Origin: Podarcis tiliguerta
Lineage: Eukaryota
Reading direction: 5' to 3' (one strand)
Length of the DNA: 64,000 nt
Assembly: GCA_965153285.1 (NCBI GenBank)
Contig: OZ229119.1
Shown here in pieces: positions 50,257-62,000 of this stretch. A program made the position numbers and the translations under genes. The notes below the pieces were generated by a model. It was given only the letters and a program-made list of their open reading frames with translations. It did not search any database and had not been told where the DNA came from. Every line of letters begins with the position of its first letter. Position 1 is the stretch's first letter.

Positions 50257-50505
50257 TACCTGTGAAAAGAATCAGATGTTGTTATCCTGATAACAGTAAA
50301 GTAAAAGCTGCCTGAAGCCTGGAGAGCGAGAGGGGTCGGTGTGCCTCTCGCTCTCCAGGCTTCAGCGAAAGCCTGCATTCACTCCATAGGACACACACAC
50401 ATTTCCCCTTCATTTTTGGAGGGGGAAAAGTGCGTCCTATAGAACGAAAAATATGATAGCTGTGAAAAGAATCAGATGTTGTTATCCTGATAACAGTAAA
50501 GTAAA
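50106..50505 (+). repeat. 200-bp tandem duplication (2 copies)
   Basis: 50106-50305 vs 50306-50505 differ by 4 substitutions. AGC microhomology at the junctions. Confidence 0.95.
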
Positions 50506-52209
50506 AGCAGATTTTTGTTTTCAATACATTGTTGGTTTGGGAGAACCGAGATTTGCTCTCCAATATGATTGCCCTAATAAATATAATTCTCCATAGAGAC
50601 TACACCCTACTAGTAGTCCAGATGCATACTATATGATGTCATTGTATGCAAAGATGAAGGTGGTCATCATTTCAAATTGATGCCCTTGAGTAGAGAGGTG
50701 AGTCAGTAATGGGAATGGCCAGTAGCTAAGGGTGCAAGCCTATTTGTGAGGTGGTGGCAGTGACCATACACTGACCTCGTGTTTATTTCCCACAGCTCTA
50801 AAAAGGGGATTAGACAAATAGACAAATGAGGCTACCAATGGCTACTAGATACAGGTAATTCTTCCAACTGTTTTTTAAAATATATGCAATGTTTTTATAT
50901 GTGTTCTTATTGTATTATGAAATTGCAGTGGGGAGCCTGCTCTTCTCATTTATGCTCCCTGCGCATTTTAGGAACCTGGTTTTCCAGAATTCTTAGACAC
51001 GTGGGGAGCTTGCATAAATAGTTCCCTACCTCAGAGTCACCCTCTAACTTGTGGAGGGCAATGGAGGGAACACGAAACAGGATGCTTGTCCCCATATGAT
51101 ATTGTGTGGTGATAGGAACACCTTCTAAAGCCTCCTGACTAGGGCAGACAGCTTGTACAGCAAGCTACATCTGCCCAGATTCCCCCTACTACAAAAGTGC
51201 TAAGAGACGCAGAAGTCCTGCACACTTTTGCATTGGGCCCTCTGACTGGTGTGTTAAACTAGTAGCACTGGAATCCTTTTGTCGACATTTCTTTATAATT
51301 ATACAAACTCACTTCCTCTGTTCTGACCCTTCTTGTGGGCACACCTGTGAACCCAGGCTGTGTACATGCTCCCATCTACTCTGCACCCAATGTGCTCCCA
51401 CCACTAGTCTGGGAGATGGTGTATGTACATAGAGCATTAGCCACAATCCAGATTGATCCTGTATCTATCCTGCTGTTCCAAATGAAATGGTGTGTTTTGA
51501 TGCGTTTTCCCCAAACCAGTTTCAATTTGCATTGGGACAAAAGACCTAGATGCTATCATTTCCCTAATTCTGTCATTTGATAAACAATAACAATAGGCTT
51601 TTAGATGACCGGTGTTTATCCCGTCATTTATCTTTGCCACAATATTATAAATACACAGAACTTAAAATATAAAATTTTATGACTTAAAAAAAAATGTACA
51701 TGTTTTATGCAGCCATGATACCAGAAAAGAAATGCTTCTGTTTTACTTCAAATGCTTCAGTTGCATTTTCATAAGTGTGGAATTGGGAAGTTGTTGTTTT
51801 CTTTTGTTAGTTTTTAAAAAACATGCTGGAAAACAAACAATCTCATTGGCTGGCACTGAACGGTTTGAGCTGTATAAATTAAGGAGACATGTCTTTGTGT
51901 GCATGTGTGTGTGTTGCCAACTCAGTATTCCAAATCCTAAAGTGTGGGAGTGTGGATAATAGTGACAATTGAAATGCAAAACCATAAAACCATACCTTTG
52001 CAGATCGTCATAAATATTAATGCTGATGTTTAGTGATCTTGCTAATTTTATTCTTTTCTGTGCCTGCACTTCCCTTTGAAAAAAGCAACAGCCAGAAACA
52101 TCTTTCTGACAATTTTCCTCTGCTAAAAGCTAGCAACAAAGGTCTCTAATACTTCAGATTATACTCAAGGGCTAAGATGCTTTTACTAAACACAAGGAAC
52201 TGTTTGCTT

Positions 52210-52560
52210 TTATTCTGCTGACGTTCATTTTCCTATCTTTCATTGTGAAACCGGCTGAGCCTGTGGGCATGTGTGGATAGAAGATGCTAAAAATAGAAAG
52301 TGTAGCCTAACAACTGGCTTCTGATTGGCTAGCGACAAAATCTGCCTGGCCTATGGGAGCCGCTGAGAACAAAAGCAATTCAGCCTGTGTTTGTGTGAAG
52401 CGCTTTATCCACGTCAAAGAGCTCCCGGCTGTAGAAATTATTTTGGTTGCAGTTTAGCAAGGTAATAATCAGCTCAGCCCGCCCGAGAAGGTTGAGGACA
52501 AAACAAAGGCGTATTAGCATCTACAAAGCACAAATGTTTGGCAATACAGAGCTGCGAACC
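52210..52560. promoter_or_regulatory. Candidate enhancer/promoter (MEF2, NF-Y, CRE-like and SOX motifs)
   Basis: CTAAAAATAG at 52287-52296, CTGATTGGCT at 52321-52330, TGACGT at 52219, CACGTCA at 52410 and AACAAAG at 52502. Locally high CpG and no repeat hallmarks. Confidence 0.5.
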
Positions 52561-52745
52561 CTTCAAAGTTCCAGGAAGGAGAGGCAAAAAAAACCCCAAT
52601 GGATTTTACAAAATGCATGCACAAACAAAAGACTCAAGAGACTTTGTTGCTTCCCCCCCCTTTTTTGACCCCTCATAGCTTTTTCAAAATCACTGTATAT
52701 TTCTTTGCAGCTTTCTAAACTCATTTATCCAAGGTTTTTTTAAAA

Positions 52746-52748
<3 letters not shown>

Positions 52749-52776
<28 letters not shown>
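52749..52776. repeat. (CA)n microsatellite
   Basis: Directly visible. Confidence 0.95.
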
Positions 52777-52779
<3 letters not shown>

Positions 52780-53651
52780 AGCAGCTTGGTGCCATGCTGT
52801 GACTTATGTTCTGTAACCAACAAAATTGCCATTAGTAACTATGGCAATATGAAAATCCTACAGGACATTCAGTTTGCTTTTCAGATGGGATAAGCATCAA
52901 CTACACAGCTAAATGGTTCCACTAGAGGCCACTGTTGGCCCAAAAAACCTCTAATGCTGTTACTCCTGAAGCTCAAGTGAAGAAACTCTACAGTTGCTAT
53001 TGTTCCAATGGCTTGTGCATGTTCTTAGATACACACTATCTCAAAAAACAAAACTCAACGCTAAGGTGTATCACTGCTTAGGTTCAACAAAATTCCCACA
53101 GAATTCTTGCCAGCAGATTTATCAGATGTGGAACCAAGAGCAAGGAAGACGACTATGAGCTGGAATTTCCCCTCTCTTATATATGCAAATGAAGATCCTA
53201 TCGGCAAGGGAGAGCCACAATCTTAGCCAACCACCCCAGCCATCAGACCGGTCACACTGCCGGATAATCTAAAGCTGAACTGCTTTCTCCAGGTTGCAGT
53301 GGGATAGTCAAAACAACGAAGGTCTGGGATGCAGTAGTGGCAAAATATTACAGAGAGGGAGAATTAGCTGAAGAATTGAGGGGCACAAGCCTTAGGAACA
53401 TATGATGATTGGAAGCTGCCCTACACCACCTCAGACCATTGATCCATCTAGCTCAGTACTAGCTGGCTGGCTGGCAGCAGCTCCTCCAGGGTTTCAGGTG
53501 GGAGTCTCTCTTAGCCCCACCTGGAGATGCTGGGGATCAAAGGCTGGGGTGGTCACATGACATGCATTCCATGAGCATCTTGTTGTTGCAGTTCCTCTTC
53601 ACAATTCTTTCTAGGTTTTGGCACAGAAGCTGCTTTGCTCTCCCTGTCAGG

Positions 53652-53765
53652 GGAAGAGACAAGAGAAGTGTGTCCCTATTAATTCTCATTGACCTCTCAG
53701 CAGCTTTCGACACCACCAACCATGGTATCCTTCTGGAGCGGCTGTCCGAGTTAGGGGTGGGTGGC
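53652..53765 (+). mobile_element. L2 RT fragment
   Basis: RDKRSVSLLILIDLSAAFDTTNHGILLERLSELGVGG. Confidence 0.85.
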
Positions 53766-54452
53766 AGAATGCACAGAAAGGTATACATTTCCTACAAAAG
53801 AGATATAGAACTTTTGATTCCTGAGTAAGCTAAAGCTATCCAATATTAGAAGCACAGAGGAAGGCAGCACAGCAGTATTTTTTTAAACACGTGTTTTTAT
53901 GGGCATTTTCTTTCTTACACATTGTTTTGCTCCTCCTCTGTCCTCTTTGGGCTCCAGGGAGGGTCTCCTTGCAAGCCACAAGGACTCTACAGTTCTTTCC
54001 CACCATTTCCTGGTGTAATTCTATTCATTTAATTATTTCCCAACACCACATATATATGCAGACATGCACATGTAGAACGCATGTACAAGTGTGTGGGGGA
54101 TGGATACCTGTATATTAGAGAACCACCAACTGGAATTTCTTTTTAAAGGGACAGTTTACTTATTCCAACATTTGCATTTTGGACACAGTGGTAGAGCCCC
54201 AGGAATCTTTAAAGGATATAGCCACACTGCGACCAAACACTGGCACCCATCTACTGTATTAATTTGTGGGCATTCATTTATGGTAATAGTAAAAATGCTT
54301 AATACTAAATGGATGTGGATTATAAACATTTAACAGCTAAACATAAAGGTGTCTCATTAAGCTATAATCTGCTTTTTAATAAACAGCAAGCCAAAGCACA
54401 ATAAATGTGTTTTGTCACTGTGCATGTAATAGCATGATGCTAAAGTAAGAAA

Positions 54453-54823
54453 TTGATGCTTTTGAATTATGGTGTTGGAGGAGACTGTTGAGAGTCTCAT
54501 GGACTGCAAGAAGATCAAACCTCTCCATTCTTAAGGAAATCAGCCCTGAGTGCTCACTGGAAGGGCAGATCGTGAAGCTGAGACTCCAATACTTTGGCCA
54601 CCTCACGAGAAGAGAAGACTCCCTGGAAAAGACCCTGATGTTGGGAAAGATTGAGGGCACAAGGAGAAGGGGACAACAGAGGACGAGATGGTTGGGCAGT
54701 GTTCTCAAAGCTACCAACATGAGTTTGACCAAACTGTGGGAGGCAGTGGAAGACAGGAGTGCCTGGCATGCTCCATGGGGTCACGAAGAGTCAGACATGA
54801 CTAAACAACTAAACAACAACAAA
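54453..54823 (+). mobile_element. Bov-B (RTE) LINE, 5'-truncated
   Basis: IDAFELWCWRRLLRVSWTARRSNLSILKEISPECSLEG... and (CAA)n tail. TSD AAAGTAAGAAA at 54442-54452 and 54824-54834. Confidence 0.95.
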
Positions 54824-54856
54824 AAAGTAAGAAAATAAAGCCGAATACCCTTCTAG

Positions 54857-55198
54857 GGTGGCGCTGTGGGTTAAACCACAGAGCCTAGGACTTGCCGATC
54901 AGAAGGTTGGCGATTCAAATCCCCGCGATGGGGTGAGCTCCCATTGCTCGGTCCCTGCTCTTGCCAACCTAGCAGTTCAAAAGCATGTCAAAGTGCAAGT
55001 AGATAAATAGGGACCGCTCCGGTGGGAAGGTAAACAGCATTTCCGTACGCTGCTCTGGTTCGCCTGAAGCGGCTTAGTCATGCTGGTCACATGACCCGGA
55101 AGCTCTACGCCGGCTCCCTCAGCCAATAAAGGGAGATGAGCGCCACAACCCCAGAGTCGGCCACGACTGGACCTAATGGTCAGGGGTCCCTTTATCTT
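54857..55198 (+). mobile_element. Sauria SINE
   Basis: Highly similar to the 17741 copy. TSD TACCCTTCTAG at 54846-54856 and 55199-55209. Confidence 0.95.
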
Positions 55199-55204
55199 TA
55201 CCCT

Positions 55205-55520
55205 TCTAGCCCAGCATCCTGTTCTCACAGTGGCTGTCCAAATGCCTGCAGCTGCATTCAGGATCTGAGTGTAACTCTCCCCACCTCTGATACTCAGCAG
55301 CTATGATTCAGAAGCATACTCCTTCCTGCTGTGGAAGGTAGAGCATATCCATCATGGCTAGTAGTCAGTGATAGACTTAACCTCCAGGCATTTGTCTAAT
55401 CCTCTTTTGCAGCCATCCATTGCTACATTTAATGGGAGTGAATTCCATAGTTTAACTGTGCACTATGCGAAGAAGTACTTAACTTTTGTCCACCCTGAAT
55501 CTTCCAACATTCAGCTTCGT
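55205..55520 (-). mobile_element. Old CR1 3' fragment
   Basis: CCAGCATCCTGTTCTCACAGTGGC...TTTGTCTAATCCTCTTTT...GGGAGTGAATTCCATAGTTTAACTGTG, the reverse complement of a CR1 ORF2 end. Confidence 0.7.
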
Positions 55521-56199
55521 TTGAGTTATTAAAGATTCAAATGGTATAGTATGTAAATACCTATGATGGGATCAGACATACTGGATTAACCTTTCTACCT
55601 TTGTTCAGCTGAAAACACTAAGCGGTTAATACATCATGGATGTGCACAATTAAATTGGGTCTTTGATAGTGAATAACTGAGCTCATGTGCAAAATGAGAA
55701 GACTGACATTTAGACATAACGTTGGATGGAGAAATCATTCCGTCTCAGTTGAGTAAAATATTTAAGTAGAAGCTTATACTTTGCTCAACTGAGGTCTCGT
55801 AGTCCGTTATGGAACACTTATTATTTCCTTGTGACATATAGCTGAAGAGCTTACAGTGGATGAAGCCCAATGAATTTTATTACTGCATTCTGTATATCTG
55901 TAAGAGATTCTGGGAATGAGGCTTTACTCAGTAATATTTACTGGGTGACCTCAGAGTTGGAGAGCAATCTGAAGCCCTAGCTGGGAGCAGTGGGGCAGAA
56001 TGGAGTGCCAGATTACTGCTGCATCCAGAACGCTGCAACTCCAGCTGACAGGGTGGGGAGCTGGCTATTTCAAACTACTTCTTTTTTCTGTGCTAGGCTG
56101 GGTCCAGGCGTGTGTGATGGACTGGTCCAAACAGGGCCTTCTCTAGGAAATGGGTTCAGATTTGGATCCAACAGATCCATCACCAACCTGATATGATCG

Positions 56200-56875
56200 T
56201 TTTGGCAACAACAACAAAAAAGCACTGTCTTGAAATCTCCATCATAATTGATAATAAACTAAACATGGATCTGCTGCAGGCACTTTTAGCACTTGAGAGG
56301 GATCTCTACCCCAAGATTCCATCTCAAGCCTTGGTTTCTTTTCTGATAGCCACTGCCAGAATGGAAACAGCAGTCAGGTGGAAAACAAGGGCATGTCTTA
56401 CTTTGTAATCTTGGTTCATCCATATATGAGAAATAGCATTCAAACACTTGACTCAGCAAAGCAGGGCAGAGCAAGCAATACAAATTTCTAAGTACATGGT
56501 ATTTGTTTATTGAGTATATAAACAAATCAGCCTCATTGCTTGCAGCGGTTCTCAACCTGTGGGTCCCCAGATGTTGTTGGACTACAACTCCCATCATCCC
56601 TGAGCTCTGGCCTTGCCAGCTAGGGGTGATGGGAGTTGTAGTCCAACAACATCTGGGGACCCACAGGTTGAGAAAGGCTGGCTTACAGCCTCCCATGACA
56701 CATGTTTTGCTATGGAAAGTCTTAATTCAGCAATGAATTACCATTGTGTGTCCCTTAATTATGACAAATGTGATTGACAAATTGACAAACTATACTCCAA
56801 GTTTTGTTTAGTTTGTGTTTATGCTTCTTCTGTAAAAGAAAGTGTAATAAAATACATTTTTAATTCAAAAAATGG
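56200..56875 (+). mobile_element. L1-like LINE 3' relic with nested MITE
   Basis: LIATARMETAVRWK...W resembles the L1 ORF2 C-terminal AR..IA..WK motif. AATAAA at ~56846 and an A-rich end. Confidence 0.55.
56543..56680. mobile_element. Near-perfect palindromic hAT MITE
   Basis: ~55-bp arms TTCTCAACCTGTGGGTCCCCAGATGTTGTTGGACTACAACTCCCATCA and its reverse complement. Probable TSD GCTT(G/A)CAG. Confidence 0.9.
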
Positions 56876-57104
56876 AGTTGGGAGGATGCTATTGCACCAG
56901 CTGAATTCAGCTCGTCTTGCAAAACAAAACCACACTCCAGACTTACTCATATGAGCATCCACTAGCCATAACAGGGGTTAGATCAACAAGTTTGATGCTA
57001 AAATACACATCTATTTAAATCCCCTGGTGATTCAGAACAATCAGCACATTTGAAAACCAGACCAGCTAACTATGAACTCAGGATTATGATTCCAAGCTCT
57101 ACAA

Positions 57105-57106
<2 letters not shown>

Positions 57107-57161
<55 letters not shown>
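57107..57161. repeat. (TAA)n microsatellite
   Basis: Directly visible. Confidence 0.95.
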
Positions 57162-57163
<2 letters not shown>

Positions 57164-57501
57164 AATTCTGCCACAAAGGAGAAGACTGAAAAATGTACAA
57201 ATTTAAAATTGTAATGTATTTGTGTGCTGAGATTTCATGGTGCTCTTTGTAAGATTTATTAATGCCTCCTGAGTGATCTTTTTAAAAAAATCATTGTTCA
57301 CTGTTTTTTGCTTTCTGCATCCACATAAGCCCTGCTGTTAGTTTTAGATTGTCCACCCATTGCATCAGTGGTTGTCCCCTTGGTCTTTAAAATTGTAGGG
57401 TCTCCATGCTAACACTGCTTTAACCCATCAGCCTAAGTCATCTCTTGTCACATGTCCTACATATGTCCATTTTAACTTTGTGAAGCTAAAGCTGAGTCTG
57501 T

Positions 57502-57504
<3 letters not shown>

Positions 57505-57544
<40 letters not shown>
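57505..57544. repeat. (TA)n microsatellite
   Basis: Directly visible. Confidence 0.95.
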
Positions 57545-57546
<2 letters not shown>

Positions 57547-58024
57547 TTGAAAAATGTATTCCATGCAAATGGAATTCTAACAACTCCTTAATAGCACTCC
57601 TTAATGCAGCAATAAGATTATTTTCATTGCCCACTACAGAGATACAGCCAAACCCTACTGGCTGGAGTTCTTGGGCAGAAAAAGGAATGAATTTGCTACC
57701 AGATCTGATCCAGGTGCATAGAATTAATAAAACGGATAACTGTTTTTATTCTAATATATTGCATTTCAATACATCAACCATTTAATACATACTCAAGTAT
57801 ATTAAAGATAGACAAAGTCCGCATTTATTTTACATGCAAACGTAGTACTAATGTAAAGATACTAGTCTAAATAAGCAGAGTTAAAGACTTCGTTCTCCGA
57901 AAAGTTTGTGGTTGTCTGAAACCGCCCTACTTGACTGATTGAAGAGCCAAACTTAAGCATGCCAGATATGGGGAAAGTTAGAGATAACAGTGCTGTGTGC
58001 ATTGTACTAAGAATCTATTCAGAG

Positions 58025-58175
58025 AATAAGAGAATTGTGGAGTTCGAAGGGACCCTGAGGCTCATCTAGTCCAACCCCCTGCAAAATCTCAACTAGATCA
58101 TACATGACAGATGGTCATCCAGCCTCTACTTCCAAACCTCCAAGGAAGAAGAATCCACCACCTCTTGTGGGAGTA
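58025..58175 (-). mobile_element. CR1 3' fragment
   Basis: AGAATTGTGGAGTTCGAAGGGACCC...CATCTAGTCCAACCCCCTGC, the reverse complement of the CR1 tail. Confidence 0.85.
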
Positions 58176-58178
58176 TGT

Positions 58179-58533
58179 TAAGGTAAAGGTACCCCTGCCC
58201 GTACGGGCCAGTCTTGCCAGACTCTAGGGTTGTGCGCTCATCTCACTCTATAGGCCGGGAGCCAGCGCTGTCCGCAGACACTTCCGGGTCACGTGGCAAG
58301 CGTGACAAGCTGCATCTGGCAAGCCAGCACAGCACACGGAACGCCGTTTACCTTCCCGCTAGTAAGCGGTCCCTATTTATCTACTTGCACCCGGGGGTGC
58401 TTTCAAACTGCTAGGTTGGCAGGCGCTGGGACCGAACGACGGGAGCGCACCCTGCCGCGGGGATTCGAACCGCCGACTATGCGATCGGCAAATCCTAGGC
58501 GCTGAGGTTTAACCCACAGCGCCACCCGCGTCA
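58179..58533 (-). mobile_element. Sauria SINE (distinct, CpG-rich subfamily)
   Basis: Minus strand head GACGCGGGTGGCGCTGTGGGTTAAACC and tail GGGTACCTTTACCTTA. Confidence 0.95.
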
Positions 58534-61074
58534 CTTTACCCTAATTAATTTACTCCTATCCAATCTAGCCATCTACCTAATTCTACTATTTGAACAATAT
58601 AGAAGCAAAAAGCACATTAGAAACCTACAGCAATAAAGGCCATTAACATGATCGGATATATTTTCAGAAATCAAATAATTGATGCCAATTCTATTTTTTT
58701 CTTTCTACCTTCATAAATCATACACTGAACAATATATCTGTATTTTTAACCATGCAGCTTTTTAAAGTTTTGGTCTCCATTAAACTGTCATCTTTGTCAG
58801 AACTCTATGAGCATGTCACAAATAATTAAAAGCCTCTCCAAAAGACAATTTGAGATTCATTATCGATCAAGATTCTGCCTCCTCAAAAGAAGGCTATCAT
58901 TTTCATGGCAGTCAGAAGACATGTCCCTTTGAGGAGGATGACACTTGGCCTTACTCCAGCTATTGATATTTCTAAGTGATTAAATCTGACCTCAGTGTTG
59001 CCTGCCACACCAAGAGCTCCTATTATATGTTCCATCTTTAGGTAATGGGCTTTGGCAACTGCCTGTCTTTAATCCACATAGCTTCCTGCTTTTGACTGAA
59101 ATAATACACAGTCTATAAGCATCCAATAGTGGGATCAATTTGTTAAATGAAGTTTTTGGAAGTCTCTGACTCCTCTAGAGAACCTGTCAGGACAGGACAG
59201 GTCACACACCTTTGCGATGGACACAGAGCCACTACAGATGGTCCAGAGAAACCACAAGAAAGGAAGGATATGTCGTTTGCACTTAACCCTCCTAGTTTCT
59301 TAGTGGGTGGCCACGTCTTACGGTGGGAGGTGCACCTCTACCAAAATGAAGGAAAAGACTTTGCCTCTTCCAGTTTCACATAACACCCAAAATGCATGAG
59401 GAGACAAAGAGTAAGCTTGTTTGCCTCAAATAAAGCAATAAAGTAATTAAGATTTTTTTAAAAAAAATCCCTTCATGACATCAACTATTTAAAACATCAA
59501 AGCATGAATGTGTAGATTCAGTTCAGAAAATGATTAAAGAGAAGGGGTTTAAGAAACCTAAATCAAATTTAAACCTAAAACCATTTCAACAAAACCAAAT
59601 AAATTCAGATGCAATTACAGATATTCCACTGCCTCCTCTAATAGCATTCTCAGCAGTAATCAGCATCTGAAATAGCCTCCAAAATAGAAGTTGGCAATTT
59701 CCCTAAAACTGTGGAAAGAATATATCTATAAGCTTCCCTGTAAGTAAGCCTCCCTGGACATGAAATTTCCATAACTGGAGCACCACTCCTAAGAAGGCTT
59801 GAGATCTTACCATCTCTTGCTATGCCTCTGATGCTTCCTTTCTGCCCACTTATCTGGAACGTGGAAAGTAATTAATTCTCTGAGCAGCGTTCAGTGTGTC
59901 CTTACTTATCCATAGAGTGGTTAGAAATCAGTGCTCCAGGGACTAAGTGAGAGATTTCCTAATCCAACATGAAGCCATTCATAGCTGTGTTGAAGATCAA
60001 ACAACACACCTCAGACAGAAATTCCTTTTCCTCCTATTGTTGAATCATGAGTATATTATAGAGACTCCATCTTAATTTCTTTGCTCCTATATTTCAGATA
60101 TTACTACTAAGTAAGATTTGCTTTGAGTGTCCTGATATTCTGGCTGCTGAATGTTCCCCAATACTGCATTCTACACTATTTATGTGCGCGCGTGCGCACA
60201 GACACACACACATATATATATAATCTGCCTGATTATTAATCTGTTCTCTGTTTCGCTTCCATGGTTTAGTAACATGGTTGCCTCTTATTAGCATATGACT
60301 TCAGACTCAAATTCTTCCTCATCTCCTTAGACCATGACTTATCATACAATCCCTACCTGTGTGAATTTCGCAGCTGAATTCTCAAGTGTTAACTGACTCC
60401 TAAACCACGCCTTCTACTCTTCTTTTTTAAAAATCCCATATAGAATAAAAAACAGAACTTAGAGATCATTAACCATGGCATGAACATATTGTAGATCAAA
60501 TGTATACAAGCAGAATAGGAGGGTGTTATGGAGACTCGCTTAATTTGCCTAAATATCATTCTTCCCTTTCAAAGAAACATCATGCACTGTGGTAGTCAAA
60601 GTTCAAGGTATAATTTCTTCCTTGGCAATATACTATTCTATAATTTACAAGACTTCCTGAGCGTTTACTTCTACATCACAACTAGTGTTGTGCTTAATAT
60701 TTCTTCCACATTTTTTCAGCCATGCAATTTATGAGAAAACCAATAGCATTTAAGAAATATAAAAGGGGACAGAAAATGTCAGAGAAATTCTTACGGGTAT
60801 GCCACAGTATTTTTATTGCACTTGCCTTACTTTCAAAGTGGCCAAGCGTTGTTTGTGAGTGTCCTACCCATTCTACAAATCAGCTCTCTGGCACTTTGCA
60901 TCCCCCCAGGTGCTTGTGTTTTCTAAATACGCCATGGCATCCTTAACTGGGATTTCCTGTAAACACAGGAAGGTGAGGAAGCTGTATCCAGAGTACTTGG
61001 CAGCTGTTTTACAATTGAATCTTCATGTTTTGCTTTGATCTTTAAAGAAATAAGTGACGTTTTTTCTTCAAGGT

Positions 61075-61556
61075 TGTGTTGTTTAGTCGTTCAGTCATGT
61101 CCGACTCTTCGTGACCCCATGGACCAGAGCACGCCAGGCACTCCTGTCTTCCACTGCCACCCGCAGTTTGGTCAGATTCATGTTTGTAGCTTCGAGAACA
61201 CTGTCTAACCATCTCGTCCTCTGTCGTCCCCTTCTCCTTGTGCCCTCCATCTTTCCCAACATCAGGGTCTTTTCCAGTGAGTCTCCTCTTCTCATGAGGT
61301 GAGAGCCTCATGAGCCTCAGCTTCACGATCTGTCCTTCCAGTGAGCACTCAGGGCTGATTTCCTTAAGAATGGGTGCGTTTGATCTTCTTGCAGTCCATG
61401 GGACTCTCAAGAGTCTCCTCCAGCACCATAATTCAAAAGCGTCAATTCTTCGGCGATCAGCCTTCTTTATGGTCCAGCTCTCACTTCCATACATCACTAC
61501 TGGGAAAACCATAGCTTTTACTATACGGACCTTTGTTGGCAAGGTGATGTCTCTAC
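61075..61556 (-). mobile_element. Bov-B LINE, 5'-truncated
   Basis: SRDITLPTKVRIVKAMVFPVVMYGSESWTIKKADRRRIDAFELWCWRRLLRVPW. TSD TTTCTTCAAGGT at 61063-61074 and 61557-61568. Confidence 0.95.
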
Positions 61557-62000
61557 TTTCTTCAAGGTAACTTCCATTAAAAACAAAACAAGTGATTACA
61601 CCAATCTCAAGGAATTCACTAGCCAGTTTCTGGTGCTTCAAATGAAACTTTGAAGAAGACACTGGACATTCCCAGACTGAATCCCAACGCTAAAAGAGTG
61701 ACAATCACATACCAACAAATTCAGGTAGCACAGTTATAACTGACTGGGAGGTTTTGCATAACAAACCAGCTTCCTCCAAAGATTGAACTTTTTGCAATAA
61801 GCAAGGTGATAGGAAGATGCCCTGGAAAGTGTGGGATAACACTTGCTTTGATGCACCATTGTGTCACTTTCCATATACAAATAAGAACACATACTCATGA
61901 AGTAGCCATTGGTGTCTAATTTCCCTGCAAACAAATCAGGATGAATGTTCAATAAATAGGTCACATGGAACCACCAATTTTGAGGTAGCTATGGTTTTGT

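Noticed and set aside
61042-61662. 206-aa ORF, the longest in the window
   Set aside because: Read-through of a truncated, frameshifted Bov-B fragment, not a host gene.
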